A stretch of 33,744 bases of DNA from Promethearchaeota archaeon (GTDB lineage: Archaea; Asgardarchaeota; Lokiarchaeia; Sigyniarchaeales; SOKP01): contig JAEOTS010000123.1 in NCBI GenBank assembly GCA_016839745.1, positions 1 to 33,744 on the forward strand. Direction: 5' to 3'. The notes below the pieces were generated by a model that was not told the DNA's origin, did no database searches, and saw nothing but the letters and a program-made list of their open reading frames with translations. The translations under genes were made by a program, and so were the position numbers. Positions 1-9,705 of the stretch are shown here, one piece after another (within the stretch, counting starts at the first letter, position 1; each line of letters opens with the position of its first letter).

Positions 1-132
1 AAGGATAAACCTACAGAAATTGACTTTCTTAACGGTAAAATTGTAGAATTTGCAAAAGAGTTAGATATAAAAGTCCCGATAAACGAGTTATTAACATTTT
101 TGATAAAAGGATTAGAAAGATCATTCAGATAG
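1..132 (+). CDS. panE: Ketopantoate reductase (2-dehydropantoate 2-reductase), C-terminal fragment
   Basis: Manual frame-1 translation KDKPTEIDFLNGKIVEFAKELDIKVPINELLTFLIKGLERSFR*. TEIDxxNG..A...VPxN is the ApbA_C signature. PPS gene lies nearby. Confidence 0.85.
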   Translation, partial: KDKPTEIDFLNGKIVEFAKELDIKVPINELLTFLIKGLERSFR

Positions 133-137
133 GGAGA

Positions 138-662
138 TCATGGTTTTAGGGTCATGAAGTATGCACTTTCCCCGTCTCTGTAATACTTTTCTTTTATGCT
201 ATGAGTAATGTAATTAAATTTCCTGTACAAATTAATTGCAGTATAATTACTCACTCTTACTTCCAAAACAAACTCGTCTATCTTATATTTTTTTAAATTC
301 TTCATAGAATTGGACAATAAGGCTGTAGCGACTCCTATGCGTTTATAGTCTTTAAATACGGCTATAGATACTAGATGTCCTTTATTTACTAGTTTTAAGC
401 TACTTATTGCGGGAGTTCTTTCAACTCTCCACATAATATATCCAATGATTTTTCCGATATCATTGCACGCAACAAGGAAAGATTCCGGATAATTATCCAA
501 TATGCTTTTGTAGAAAAAGTAGGGATAATCTTCTGGTAATTCTTTTTCGTTTACTTCAATAACTGCTTCTAAATCTTCTAGCGTACATCTTCTTATTATT
601 ATAGGCTTAATATCACTGTAATTGTCGGAGTAATTAATGCGAGTATCTTTGTCTGTACCCAT
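138..662 (-). CDS. ard1: N-terminal acetyltransferase, Ard1/Naa10/RimI GNAT family
   Basis: LPEDYPYFFY, GHLVSIAV..KRIGVA, LEVRVSN..AINLY and YYRDGESA motifs. Confidence 0.9.
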   Translation of the reverse strand: MGTDKDTRINYSDNYSDIKPIIIRRCTLEDLEAVIEVNEKELPEDYPYFFYKSILDNYPESFLVACNDIGKIIGYIMWRVERTPAISSLKLVNKGHLVSIAVFKDYKRIGVATALLSNSMKNLKKYKIDEFVLEVRVSNYTAINLYRKFNYITHSIKEKYYRDGESAYFMTLKP

Positions 663-766
663 AGTTATATGAGCTCGAATTGTAGTTCTAGATATATAAA
701 ATATTTGCTAAATAGATATTATTTTAGAAATTTTTAAGCTTTTTTAATTAATAAAAAGGTTTAAAT

Positions 767-1570
767 TCAATCTTTTAAAATTTTGAAGGCATCTTTTTTT
801 TGTTTTTTTATGTATTGAATTATTGTGTCTAAAGATACTTGAATATTACGCTTATTATCGTACTTCTCAACAATGTTTTTTAATTCTTTTTCTTCAGCGT
901 TTTTTAGTATATTAGCAATTTTGATCATTTTTGGCAATGTTCTTACAATATTATCTACTATGGTGACATCAGCCCATAAGGACGTTCTACTAATTGGATT
1001 TAAATCAACTGCGATTACTTTTTTTTCGATTTTTTTCAAAGCCTCTGTTCTATCTCCGTCTTCTAAAGGAACAAATACGACATCAGCTATTTTAATGCCA
1101 TTAGGATCGACATTTCTTCTATTGCTAGAAAGTTCTTCAATTTCGACCATTTTTGTTTCATTTATCCCTAGTATCATTTCAGCTCCCGCATCCTCCAAAA
1201 CTTTTTTAATTGCGTCTATTCTTCCTTCTTTTCTATAAAATAAGTTAATCTCAAGTGGAGCATTTATTATTTTTGATAGCTCTACCAGCATTTTAGGGCA
1301 TAAAGCCGCAGTATTCCCGTTAACACTGATAACCGGATATTTGGCAAGGTATAATAGGGCAACGGCTGCTTCTATAGATTCTTTTGCGATCTCACTAGTT
1401 TTTTCTCCCAACATGTAATCAAAGCATTCTCCTCTACCATGAGCCATTAATCCTGCTTCCGCAACGATCAATTTTTTCATTCCTTCAATAATATTATGTC
1501 TATATTTTAGACTTTCATAGCGAGGATGATCTTTAGGGACATCGTGATCTTGGTTATTATTTGTACTCAT
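767..1570 (-). CDS. pps: 4-phosphopantoate--beta-alanine ligase (archaeal phosphopantothenate synthetase)
   Basis: HPRYESL, AHGRGECFDY..GE, ISVNGN, VPLEDGDR and DLNPISRT motifs. Confidence 0.95.
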   Translation of the reverse strand: MSTNNNQDHDVPKDHPRYESLKYRHNIIEGMKKLIVAEAGLMAHGRGECFDYMLGEKTSEIAKESIEAAVALLYLAKYPVISVNGNTAALCPKMLVELSKIINAPLEINLFYRKEGRIDAIKKVLEDAGAEMILGINETKMVEIEELSSNRRNVDPNGIKIADVVFVPLEDGDRTEALKKIEKKVIAVDLNPISRTSLWADVTIVDNIVRTLPKMIKIANILKNAEEKELKNIVEKYDNKRNIQVSLDTIIQYIKKQKKDAFKILKD

Positions 1571-1663
1571 AATTACTAGAGTTAATAATAAGAGTTGTTT
1601 ATATAGTTTGAAATAAAGAAAAACTATTAATCTTTTGGATCCTTTTTATTTTTGTTGATTAAT

Positions 1664-2938
1664 ATGAGTTCACCCGAACAACGGAAAAGTAAAGATTTAC
1701 AGATATTTCAGACAAAACGGTTATTAAGCCAATTAAAGGAGAAGAAGGGCTTTCACACAGAGTTAGTTTCTTTATATATCCCTCACGATCGTAAAATCTC
1801 GGACGTAACTAATCACCTTAAGAACGAAGTAAGCGAAAGTCAGAATATCAAATCAAAACTTACCCGGAAAAATGTATTGGATAGTATATCAAGTTTGATG
1901 GGCCAGTTAAAAAACATAACAGGAGTACCTGAAAACGGATTGGTAATGTTTTCAGGGGCAATCCCACAAAATAACACTCCCGGAACTGAAAGGAACGAAT
2001 TGTATATTGTGAATCCTCCTGATAAAGTTTTAACCTTTAGATACCATTGCGCAAGCGAATTCTTATTATGGCCATTAGAGGAGATGCTTCAAACAAAAGA
2101 AACGTACGGATTACTTGTCATAGGGCGAAAAGAATCTGCGGTAGGATATCTTACTGGTAACCACGTAGAAGTTGTGAGAGAATTTACTTCCGGGGTTCAC
2201 GGTAAGCATAGAGCAGGAGGTCAATCCCAAAAAAGATTTGAACGGCAAATGGAAGAAGCAGAAACCAGGTTTTACAGAAGAATCTCTGATGAAGTCAACA
2301 AATTATTTCTGGGTATTGAGGATTTACAAGGAATTTTTATTGGAGGACCAGGTCCATCGAAAGAAAAATATGTAAACGATGAAAGTTTAGATTATCGGTT
2401 ACGAGATAAAATTTTGGATGTTGTAGACCTAGGTTATGGAGGAAGAGAAGGAATTCGTGCATTGATTGAAAAGATAAAAGAACAAATATCTAACGTTAAA
2501 TACATTAAGGAAAAAGAAATTATGCAACTTTTTTTAAATGAGATATCAAATGACACGGGAATGGCAGCCTATGGTCTTGACGAAGTACAAAAAGCTTTAA
2601 ACATGGGCGCTGTAGATAAATTAATACTTTCTGAAAAATTAGATACTGTTCAAATAAATATAGAGTGTTCAAATTGTAATTATAAGGAATCTCGAACCGC
2701 GAGAGAACAAGAACTTGGCAAATCAGAAATTACAATTCAAGATGAAAATTGCCCTGAATGTGGTTCTAACTCGTTTAACGTTGTAAAAAAGGTTTTACTA
2801 ATAGAGGAGCTTGGGTCTATAGCAGAAACTGTGGGAACTGAGGTTATAATTATTTCTCCGGATACTGAAGAAGGGGAGATGTTATACAGTACCTTTGGAG
2901 GAATAGTTGCGATTTTAAGGTTTAAACTTACATATTAA
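1664..2938 (+). CDS. prf1: Peptide chain release factor aRF1
   Basis: NIKS, YxCxxxF (YHCASEF) and GGQS motifs, C-terminal Zn ribbon, FGGIVAILRF. ATG at 1664 preferred over TTG at 1652. Confidence 0.97.
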   Translation: MSSPEQRKSKDLQIFQTKRLLSQLKEKKGFHTELVSLYIPHDRKISDVTNHLKNEVSESQNIKSKLTRKNVLDSISSLMGQLKNITGVPENGLVMFSGAIPQNNTPGTERNELYIVNPPDKVLTFRYHCASEFLLWPLEEMLQTKETYGLLVIGRKESAVGYLTGNHVEVVREFTSGVHGKHRAGGQSQKRFERQMEEAETRFYRRISDEVNKLFLGIEDLQGIFIGGPGPSKEKYVNDESLDYRLRDKILDVVDLGYGGREGIRALIEKIKEQISNVKYIKEKEIMQLFLNEISNDTGMAAYGLDEVQKALNMGAVDKLILSEKLDTVQINIECSNCNYKESRTAREQELGKSEITIQDENCPECGSNSFNVVKKVLLIEELGSIAETVGTEVIIISPDTEEGEMLYSTFGGIVAILRFKLTY

Positions 2939-3035
2939 ATCGAATTTCATAACTTTTTTCATAATAATAATAGTTATCATTAAACTATAAGATAATAAAG
3001 GTAATTGAGGCTAGTAGAATAATAGTGTGATTAGG

Positions 3036-4019
3036 ATGAAAATAGAAGAAATGTTATTGAAGCTAAAAATAATTATGTTTGGGGGGAAAGGGGGAGTTGG
3101 AAAGACTACTTGCGCTTCAAGTGCAGCAATATGGGCAGCAGAACACGGGAGAAACACATTAATCATTAGTACAGATCCTGCTCATTCATTAGGAGATAGT
3201 CTCGGAATTAACCTTCCGCCAGGCGAGGCAACAAGGATACCGGGGGTAAATAATTTAACCGCGTTAGAAATAGATCCAAAAGCAGATGTTTCAGAATACA
3301 AAGGACTAACAACCATGAACCCCCTAGAAGGAAGTGATATGCCAGATGTCATGGGGGGATTTCCCTTGATGGAAGATTTACAAGACATGACATCAATGAG
3401 CCCACCGGGTATAGACGAAGCTTTCGCTTTATTGAAAGTGTTAGAGTTTATTGAGACTGAGCACGATTACGATTTAGTTATATTCGATACTGCGCCGACT
3501 GGACATACTCTTAGGTTTTTAAGCCTTCCAGAAACATTATCGGGATGGATTGGTAAATTATTGAAGATGAGATTAAAACTTGGAAATCTAATGGGATTAA
3601 TGAAAAGTTTGTTTACGAAAGCAGAAAAAAACAAAGATAATTCATTAGAGGTTCTAGAAAGGCTAAAAGAATCTATTCTTAACGCGCGAGATGATCTTAC
3701 GAACCCTTTGAAAAATTCCTTTGTGGTAGTCATGATACCAGAAGAAATGGCAATTTCTGAGACGGGACGTCTTCTAAACGAGTTGTATAAATATAAAATA
3801 CCCGTTTCAAACGTGGTTGTTAATAATTTATATCAAGATGAAGACGATTTATGCGATTTCTGTAAATCTCGAAGGAAAATGCAGCACCGGAATTTAGTAA
3901 AGATAAAGGAAGTTTTTGAAAAAGGATTCGGTAAAAATTTAATCACGATACCTCTCTTTCGAGAGGAAATTAGAGAATACGGTAAATTAAAGGAATTTAG
4001 TGAATATTTAATAAGATAA
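3036..4019 (+). CDS. ArsA/Get3 (TRC40) family ATPase, single domain
   Basis: GGKGGVGKTT, STDPAH, PGIDE and DTAPTGHTLR motifs, plus C-terminal CDFCxxR. Confidence 0.93.
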   Translation: MKIEEMLLKLKIIMFGGKGGVGKTTCASSAAIWAAEHGRNTLIISTDPAHSLGDSLGINLPPGEATRIPGVNNLTALEIDPKADVSEYKGLTTMNPLEGSDMPDVMGGFPLMEDLQDMTSMSPPGIDEAFALLKVLEFIETEHDYDLVIFDTAPTGHTLRFLSLPETLSGWIGKLLKMRLKLGNLMGLMKSLFTKAEKNKDNSLEVLERLKESILNARDDLTNPLKNSFVVVMIPEEMAISETGRLLNELYKYKIPVSNVVVNNLYQDEDDLCDFCKSRRKMQHRNLVKIKEVFEKGFGKNLITIPLFREEIREYGKLKEFSEYLIR

Positions 4020-4021
4020 CC

Positions 4022-4981
4022 TTATTCTTTTACCCCTTTTAAATACGTGCAGTAGAGGCATAAGCTAGCATTGCCACACGGGTATCCACATTCTTTGCAG
4101 GTATTATAAGATGTTGATTTATAATTGTTAGATAGAATTTCGGACATTTCTAAAAAACCATTAAGCAAATTGAATTCAATTTCAGGACTAAATTTCTTAG
4201 ATTCTTGAATGAATTCAAGAACTCTTTTTCTTAAAATCGGATCTTTTTCTCTATAGGGGCAATGTGAAGGGTAGTAGTCAATTTTTTTCAAGTTTGAGTA
4301 AAGGAAGATTTCTTCTTCTGGAATTTTCATTAAAGGAGTGATTCTTTTAACGAAATACTTTTTTAATTCATCAGTCTCTTTTTTAAACATATACTGATTA
4401 GCTATGAGTTTATATCTTTTAAATAAAACGTTCATCAAAAATGTTTCCGCTACATCTGTCAAATTGTGGCCCATAGCTAGAACATCTGCGCCTAGTTCTT
4501 TTGCAGTTTCATTCAACAGCCTTCTTCGAATTGTAGCGCAAAAATTGCAGGCATATTTATGTTCTTCCGCGTTATTTTTTAAATCTACAATTTCATCTAA
4601 AGACTTTCCTGTTTTTTCTTCAAATGATACAATAACATGTTCAATACTATACTTCTTGCAAAATCTAATAGCGTTCTTAATACTATTGGCTCTGTAATTT
4701 CGAATACCCTCGTCGATGGTAACTGCGATTATCGGTTTTGAATGATAGTTATTTTTTTGGATTTTAATAAGATTATAAAGTAATGCAAGAGAATCTTTTC
4801 CGCCAGAAACTCCAACAACGATTTTATCTTGGGATCTCAGCATTTTATACTTAGATATTGTCTGGAAGATATTTTTCTCGATTCTATTTGTAAAACAATT
4901 GGTACAAATTAACTCGCCAGAATATTTTCTATGAACAACTATAGTTTTTGTGTTGCAGTAGTCGCAAGTAGCAGTTTTCAT
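4022..4981 (-). CDS. tRNA 2-thiolation protein, TtuA/Ncs6/CTU1 family
   Basis: N-terminal CxxC..CxxC, SGGKDS PP-loop, CNFC, GHNLTD, C-terminal Zn finger. ATG at 4981 avoids overlap with the upstream gene. Confidence 0.9.
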   Translation of the reverse strand: MKTATCDYCNTKTIVVHRKYSGELICTNCFTNRIEKNIFQTISKYKMLRSQDKIVVGVSGGKDSLALLYNLIKIQKNNYHSKPIIAVTIDEGIRNYRANSIKNAIRFCKKYSIEHVIVSFEEKTGKSLDEIVDLKNNAEEHKYACNFCATIRRRLLNETAKELGADVLAMGHNLTDVAETFLMNVLFKRYKLIANQYMFKKETDELKKYFVKRITPLMKIPEEEIFLYSNLKKIDYYPSHCPYREKDPILRKRVLEFIQESKKFSPEIEFNLLNGFLEMSEILSNNYKSTSYNTCKECGYPCGNASLCLYCTYLKGVKE

Positions 4982-5033
4982 AAAGACATTATAGCCGTTA
5001 TCAATATTGTTTATGGAAATCACATCAACATAT

Positions 5034-6830
5034 TTATTGTAGCCAAAAAAGACCAAATCCGAAATTCACAAAGGATAATACGAAGTTTCCAATAATGAGA
5101 CCTAACGCTATAATTCGTATAATATTCATAACTGTGCTTTTGATTTTTCTTTTATCGTCATACCAATATTCGTAGGTAACTTCAAATACTGAATTTATTT
5201 TAAGTTTCGTGGTTTCTGGTAAGGTAACTAACACGGTATCTTTAAATCCATCTCCAATTTTGTCCACTAGGACATAGTTGTCTTTTCCTAAGAGTATTTC
5301 ACTGTTGGGATCCCCTTTCTCAGCATCTTCTAGTAATATTTTTACAGATTCTACGTATTCAACGCGATATTCTGATAATTTGCATTCGGTATCGGTTCCC
5401 TTATATATTAAGCGATCTTTTTTCTTCCTTTTAGATTGATAATTTTCTCCAAATCTCCAGTTAACCAATTCCTTTAAGAACCTATCGCCATCAAATATAG
5501 GTAATGGCATCATATTAAATAGTGTTATCGAAAAGGAAATTATAAAGAGCCACACCAATTCTCTTAGCCAAAAATCTGGCCAATTACTGGTAAAAAATTT
5601 TGCGAAATCATTTTTATGCATCCAATAATAAGTACTTTGAACCCCTATATATACTCCAACGACCTCAACATCTAAAATGTAATCAATTCCCAGATCTGAA
5701 GTTAAGTTAATCGCTTCTAGATTAAAATTAGTTAAGAATAGCTCTAAAGTTTTTCCACTTGATGTATCTATTTCAGTTCCATTAATTTCTTTAATTAAGA
5801 TATTTGTCTCAGAATCACTCGAATAGTTATAAGTTATTCTTAATCCCGTTCCATTGGGTATATATTCATAACGGATTCCTATATCGTATCGAGGACCTAC
5901 TGTAACATTTTTTCTAGAATATAGATCAGTAACGGGATTATAAGTTCTAAATGTTAAATTGTCTCCGATTGAGAATTTAACACTTGTAGTGTTAGTCAAC
6001 ACTGAAGTAAGACTAATATTTTTATTTAAATCCAAGAATAGGAAATCGGTGTCTGGATCCTCTGAATTCTTTATGGCAAGAATGGCGTCTGAAGATTCAA
6101 GATTTTCAGGGTTAAAACCTCCCTCCTGAGCTGGTAGAACGCTATAAACTTGGGTAACTTGCGTATAAAAAGGAGAAACTAACAATGGAAAACCAATAAT
6201 TAATAAGATTGCTATACCTGCGGTTATAGCATTTACAAAAGTTCCTGCTGCAGCTATTCTAAGCCGGGTATTTCTATGATATTTTGAGGATCTTAAATCT
6301 CTTTCATCAACTTCTACGAAAGCACCAAAACCTACTAAGTAGAACAAACCAAGGCCCATCACTCCCGTTGACTTAACCTCAACTCCGTCATTGTTAGCAG
6401 AAATTCCATGCGCAAACTCGTGAGTAGTCATAATGAACAATAATGGTAATATCATATAAAATAAGGTAGGTAAATCGACATTCACTCCAGGGATGAGCGG
6501 AGTAAGCACATTTTGTGGACTTGGTTGAAAAAACAATTGAACTATGTTTATAAAGAAGAAAAAAAATCCAAATATAGTAAATCCAAAAGACACAAAAATT
6601 CCTATATTCCAAAAAATTCGCCAAAACCTTGGAGATTTTTTTGAGATTTTTCTAATAAAATTGTTGAGCTTTTTAGTCTTAAACAAGATTAAGAGGGGAA
6701 AAAAAAAGGTGTATGCTTCTTTTCTATTTTTTAACGCGAAGACAAATACGATTACGATAATCCAAAAGATTAACGATATGATAAACCATGGGTGTAGGAG
6801 GAAATCTGTAATAAGATTAAGTAAACTCAT
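5034..6830 (-). CDS. Site-2 protease (M50 intramembrane metalloprotease)
   Basis: HEFAH, GAFVEVD, AAAG.FVN and NMMPLPIFDG motifs, multiple TM segments. Confidence 0.92.
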   Translation of the reverse strand: MSLLNLITDFLLHPWFIISLIFWIIVIVFVFALKNRKEAYTFFFPLLILFKTKKLNNFIRKISKKSPRFWRIFWNIGIFVSFGFTIFGFFFFFINIVQLFFQPSPQNVLTPLIPGVNVDLPTLFYMILPLLFIMTTHEFAHGISANNDGVEVKSTGVMGLGLFYLVGFGAFVEVDERDLRSSKYHRNTRLRIAAAGTFVNAITAGIAILLIIGFPLLVSPFYTQVTQVYSVLPAQEGGFNPENLESSDAILAIKNSEDPDTDFLFLDLNKNISLTSVLTNTTSVKFSIGDNLTFRTYNPVTDLYSRKNVTVGPRYDIGIRYEYIPNGTGLRITYNYSSDSETNILIKEINGTEIDTSSGKTLELFLTNFNLEAINLTSDLGIDYILDVEVVGVYIGVQSTYYWMHKNDFAKFFTSNWPDFWLRELVWLFIISFSITLFNMMPLPIFDGDRFLKELVNWRFGENYQSKRKKKDRLIYKGTDTECKLSEYRVEYVESVKILLEDAEKGDPNSEILLGKDNYVLVDKIGDGFKDTVLVTLPETTKLKINSVFEVTYEYWYDDKRKIKSTVMNIIRIIALGLIIGNFVLSFVNFGFGLFWLQ

Positions 6831-6922
6831 GAAGAATTATTTCATTGCATATTTTTTAATAAAATTGTTAATTAAGAATAGAAATTAAGCTTATTTATTT
6901 TAATTTACAATTAAATGAATAT

Positions 6923-7651
6923 TTAGGGAATTAAATTAAGCTTTATCAAAATCCAATTATCAATTTTAAATTTTTGAGAAATGTTCTTTTGTGTAATGGA
7001 GCGACTTTTAATAGCTGATTTCGGTATCCACTCCTCGATTTTATCGAACTTTATTAAAAAAGCTTTATCTGTTTCTCCCACGATTGATCCTTCGATATCA
7101 GTCATTTCATTACTTATGACTCCTCTATTAAACGGTTCACATAAATTAGCATCATAATCCTCATCAAGATCGCCACCGTTGTTTTTGGTCTTTTTAATTT
7201 CTAGCGATAAGGGGTTTTTTGCCTTAATACTGCGTGCTAATTTTTTTGGTAATGTTGAATATATTATTTTTTCTTGTAAGAAATGTGATAAAAGAAGCCT
7301 TAAGATTTCTGTTTGAGCAAGATTAAGCCTTTTTGAATACTTCCCGACATTAATCCATAATACCTCTGCTTCTTCGTCTTCCCAATTAAAGGAGATAGTA
7401 GTTGTAGTATCTTTATAGTTATGTTGAGTTTGCCAATTAAGAGTTTGACGATTTAATACTCGTAAAATTAAAACTATCTCTTCTAACGAAAATTTAATAG
7501 ATTTACCCTCTTTGGAAGAGGGTTTTTCCCATATTCCATTAGGTTTTTTTTTAAAACAATGTATAAAAGTAAAAGGATCTGAACTTGAAAAGCTGCTCAC
7601 TATAATACCAGTATTTTGTCCAAAAAAGCTTTTTGAATGCGAGTCAACCAT
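6923..7651 (-). CDS. Hypothetical protein, possible Whirly/PC4-like ssDNA-binding fold plus a small C-terminal domain
   Basis: 242-aa ORF with ATG. WEK..SIKFSLEEI and LNLAQTEILR patterns, C-terminal ETDKAFLI..WIPKS. The fold call is tentative. Confidence 0.6.
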   Translation of the reverse strand: MVDSHSKSFFGQNTGIIVSSFSSSDPFTFIHCFKKKPNGIWEKPSSKEGKSIKFSLEEIVLILRVLNRQTLNWQTQHNYKDTTTTISFNWEDEEAEVLWINVGKYSKRLNLAQTEILRLLLSHFLQEKIIYSTLPKKLARSIKAKNPLSLEIKKTKNNGGDLDEDYDANLCEPFNRGVISNEMTDIEGSIVGETDKAFLIKFDKIEEWIPKSAIKSRSITQKNISQKFKIDNWILIKLNLIP

Positions 7652-7809
7652 TTGTCTGAAATCTTAAGTTTATTTTAAATAATTATAAGTCAATATATTT
7701 TAAACTAAAAAAACACCACTACAATCCTCCCTAAAAATGATAAGAAATTAAAAGTTAAATTAATTATATGATCTATATTCCGTGAGTGATACTCATAAGA
7801 AAAAACCTA

Positions 7810-7934
7810 AGCGGGGTGGGCTAGCCTGGTTTATGCCGCAGGGCTCATATCTCGACAATGTGTGGAAAAAAGAAATTTTTCACGCTTTTGGATGAGAAAC
7901 CCTGAGATCGTTCGTTCAAATCGAACCCCCGCTA
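7810..7934 (+). tRNA. Initiator tRNA-Met(CAT) with a 49-nt intron at 37/38 (7850-7898)
   Basis: Acceptor AGCGGGG/CCCCGCT with A1-U72, anticodon stem CAGGG/CCCTG (three consecutive G-C pairs), loop CT-CAT-A^A, T-loop TTCAAAT, BHB core CTCA/TGAG. CCA is not encoded. Confidence 0.95.
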
Positions 7935-7947
7935 CTTTTTCCTTTAT
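7935..7947 (+). terminator. Oligo-T tract after tRNA-iMet
   Basis: CTTTTTCCTTT immediately 3' of the discriminator, typical of archaeal U-rich terminators. Confidence 0.4.
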
Positions 7948-8118
7948 TCTAAGTTAAAATTTTCTACTGATCACAAGAAATATTAATAAAAATGCAAAAA
8001 GATATTAAAAGTAAGAGAGGATTAGGTATATTTAACGCTTAATAATCATTTCTATATTAAATAATAATCGATAGTATGGTACTTGATTTTAAAAAAGATT
8101 CTTCATGTGAAATTAATT

Positions 8119-8886
8119 ATGAGTGAAATACAAACTTATGAATTTTCTCCCGCGGTTCGCTGTTGGGTTAAACACCTTGTAGAAGGTAGGTATAACGCTA
8201 AAGAAAAGTCGTTATTCACTATCTTCGGCGCCCTTAAAAGAATTAGGGTTGTTGCTACGATTACTAATAAAGAAGAATTTCTAAGTAAAAGAACTAGCGA
8301 TATTAATTCTCCGACAGAAGAAATTAGCACTAACTTACGATTTGAGCTTGATGATGGTACCGGTATAATCTCATCTGTCAAGTGGGATGTTGATCCAGAA
8401 AAATATACTGATATAAATATTGGAGATTTAGTAGACATTTTAGGCAGAGTGGGATATTTTAACGAAAAATCGCAGATTAGCAATATTAAATCAATAAGAA
8501 AAATAGTGGATCCAAATTATGTTTTACTACGAGAGGCTGAAGTAATTAAGAAAATAAAATCTGGAGAGATACATGAAATTCCTAATGTCGAAGAAAATGA
8601 TTCTGATATAGATGAGGATTCATTTTTCGATAATTTATCTGATGATATTGATATAGATAAATTATTTGGAGAAAGCGAACCTTCTAAAACTTCTAAAGTT
8701 GATACTCTTAAAGAAGATATCTTTTCCACAATATACGAGTATTCTCAAGATGGAAATGGAATAAGCCTTGAAGAATTACAGACAAGATTAAAAATTCCCG
8801 AAAATAAACTAAGGACATATATTAACGATTTAGTAATGGAATCTCGAATCTATCCTACAGAAGAAAATATCTATCAAAGTTATTGA
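8119..8886 (+). CDS. RPA32/RPA2-like ssDNA-binding subunit
   Basis: OB fold (RIRVVATI, LDDGTG, GDLVDILGRV, DPN), acidic linker, C-terminal winged helix (GISLEEL..L..ESRIYP). Confidence 0.8.
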   Translation: MSEIQTYEFSPAVRCWVKHLVEGRYNAKEKSLFTIFGALKRIRVVATITNKEEFLSKRTSDINSPTEEISTNLRFELDDGTGIISSVKWDVDPEKYTDINIGDLVDILGRVGYFNEKSQISNIKSIRKIVDPNYVLLREAEVIKKIKSGEIHEIPNVEENDSDIDEDSFFDNLSDDIDIDKLFGESEPSKTSKVDTLKEDIFSTIYEYSQDGNGISLEELQTRLKIPENKLRTYINDLVMESRIYPTEENIYQSY

Positions 8887-8973
8887 AGATGTCTGATTTC
8901 TCAAAACCGTAAAATTATTTTTGTAGGATTAATTATTGAAATTAGTAGAAATATTAAAGATAGGTAGAATAAC

Positions 8974-9387
8974 ATGGATATCAACAATTATGACGAATTA
9001 ATAGATAAAGCTTATGAGAAGATTCCCGATAATGTGAAGAAATTATCTAGGTTTGTAATTCCAAAAGTTGACATAAGAATTGAAGCTAAAAACACATACA
9101 TTACAAACTTTAACAAAATTATTAATACTTTAAATCGAGATCGCAAGCATTTTATTGGTGTATTTCTGAAGAAAGTAGGAACTATGGGAGAAATAAGAGG
9201 ACAACAATTATTTCTAAAAGGTATCTATAAAGAACAGGTATTGAATAGATTAATTGAACAATATTCAAAAATGTATGTATTATGTAAGATATGTAATAAA
9301 CCTGATACAGATATTCAAAGAGAAGGGAAAAAAAATTATCTTAAATGTACTGCTTGTGGTGCACGGGAAGAAATAAGAGAAAAATAA
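8974..9387 (+). CDS. eif2b: Translation initiation factor 2 subunit beta
   Basis: RFVIP, TYITNF, LNRD, YVLCKICNKPDT and LKCTACGA motifs. Confidence 0.96.
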   Translation: MDINNYDELIDKAYEKIPDNVKKLSRFVIPKVDIRIEAKNTYITNFNKIINTLNRDRKHFIGVFLKKVGTMGEIRGQQLFLKGIYKEQVLNRLIEQYSKMYVLCKICNKPDTDIQREGKKNYLKCTACGAREEIREK

Positions 9388-9408
9388 ATGTGCAATATTG
9401 AGTAATAA

Positions 9409-9705
9409 ATGAAAGTATACCTTAAAATCCATAGAAGGAATGACATTGATACAGTCGCTTGTTGTGACGAGGATTTATTAAATCAAGTTTTTACAGAGGG
9501 GAATTTAAGAATTGAAATCAACTCCAATTTTTTTGGAGGAGACCTTCTGAACATAGAGCAAGCAATGGAGATTTTAAAGGAGGCTTCGTACTTTAATATT
9601 GTAGGGGAAAATATAACTAATGAAGCTATAAACCTTAAACTCCTACCGAAAGATGGAGTGAGAAGAATAAATAATATTCCAATGGCAATGAAAATGATGT
9701 TTTAA
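9409..9705 (+). CDS. DUF424 family protein
   Basis: VACCDEDLL, FFGG and NIVG motifs. Usual neighbour of aIF2-beta and NMD3. Confidence 0.88.
   Translation: MKVYLKIHRRNDIDTVACCDEDLLNQVFTEGNLRIEINSNFFGGDLLNIEQAMEILKEASYFNIVGENITNEAINLKLLPKDGVRRINNIPMAMKMMF

Noticed and set aside
4982-5056. N-terminal extension of the TtuA/Ncs6 ORF overlapping the S2P gene
   Set aside because: The family begins at the Zn finger, and ATG 4981 fits
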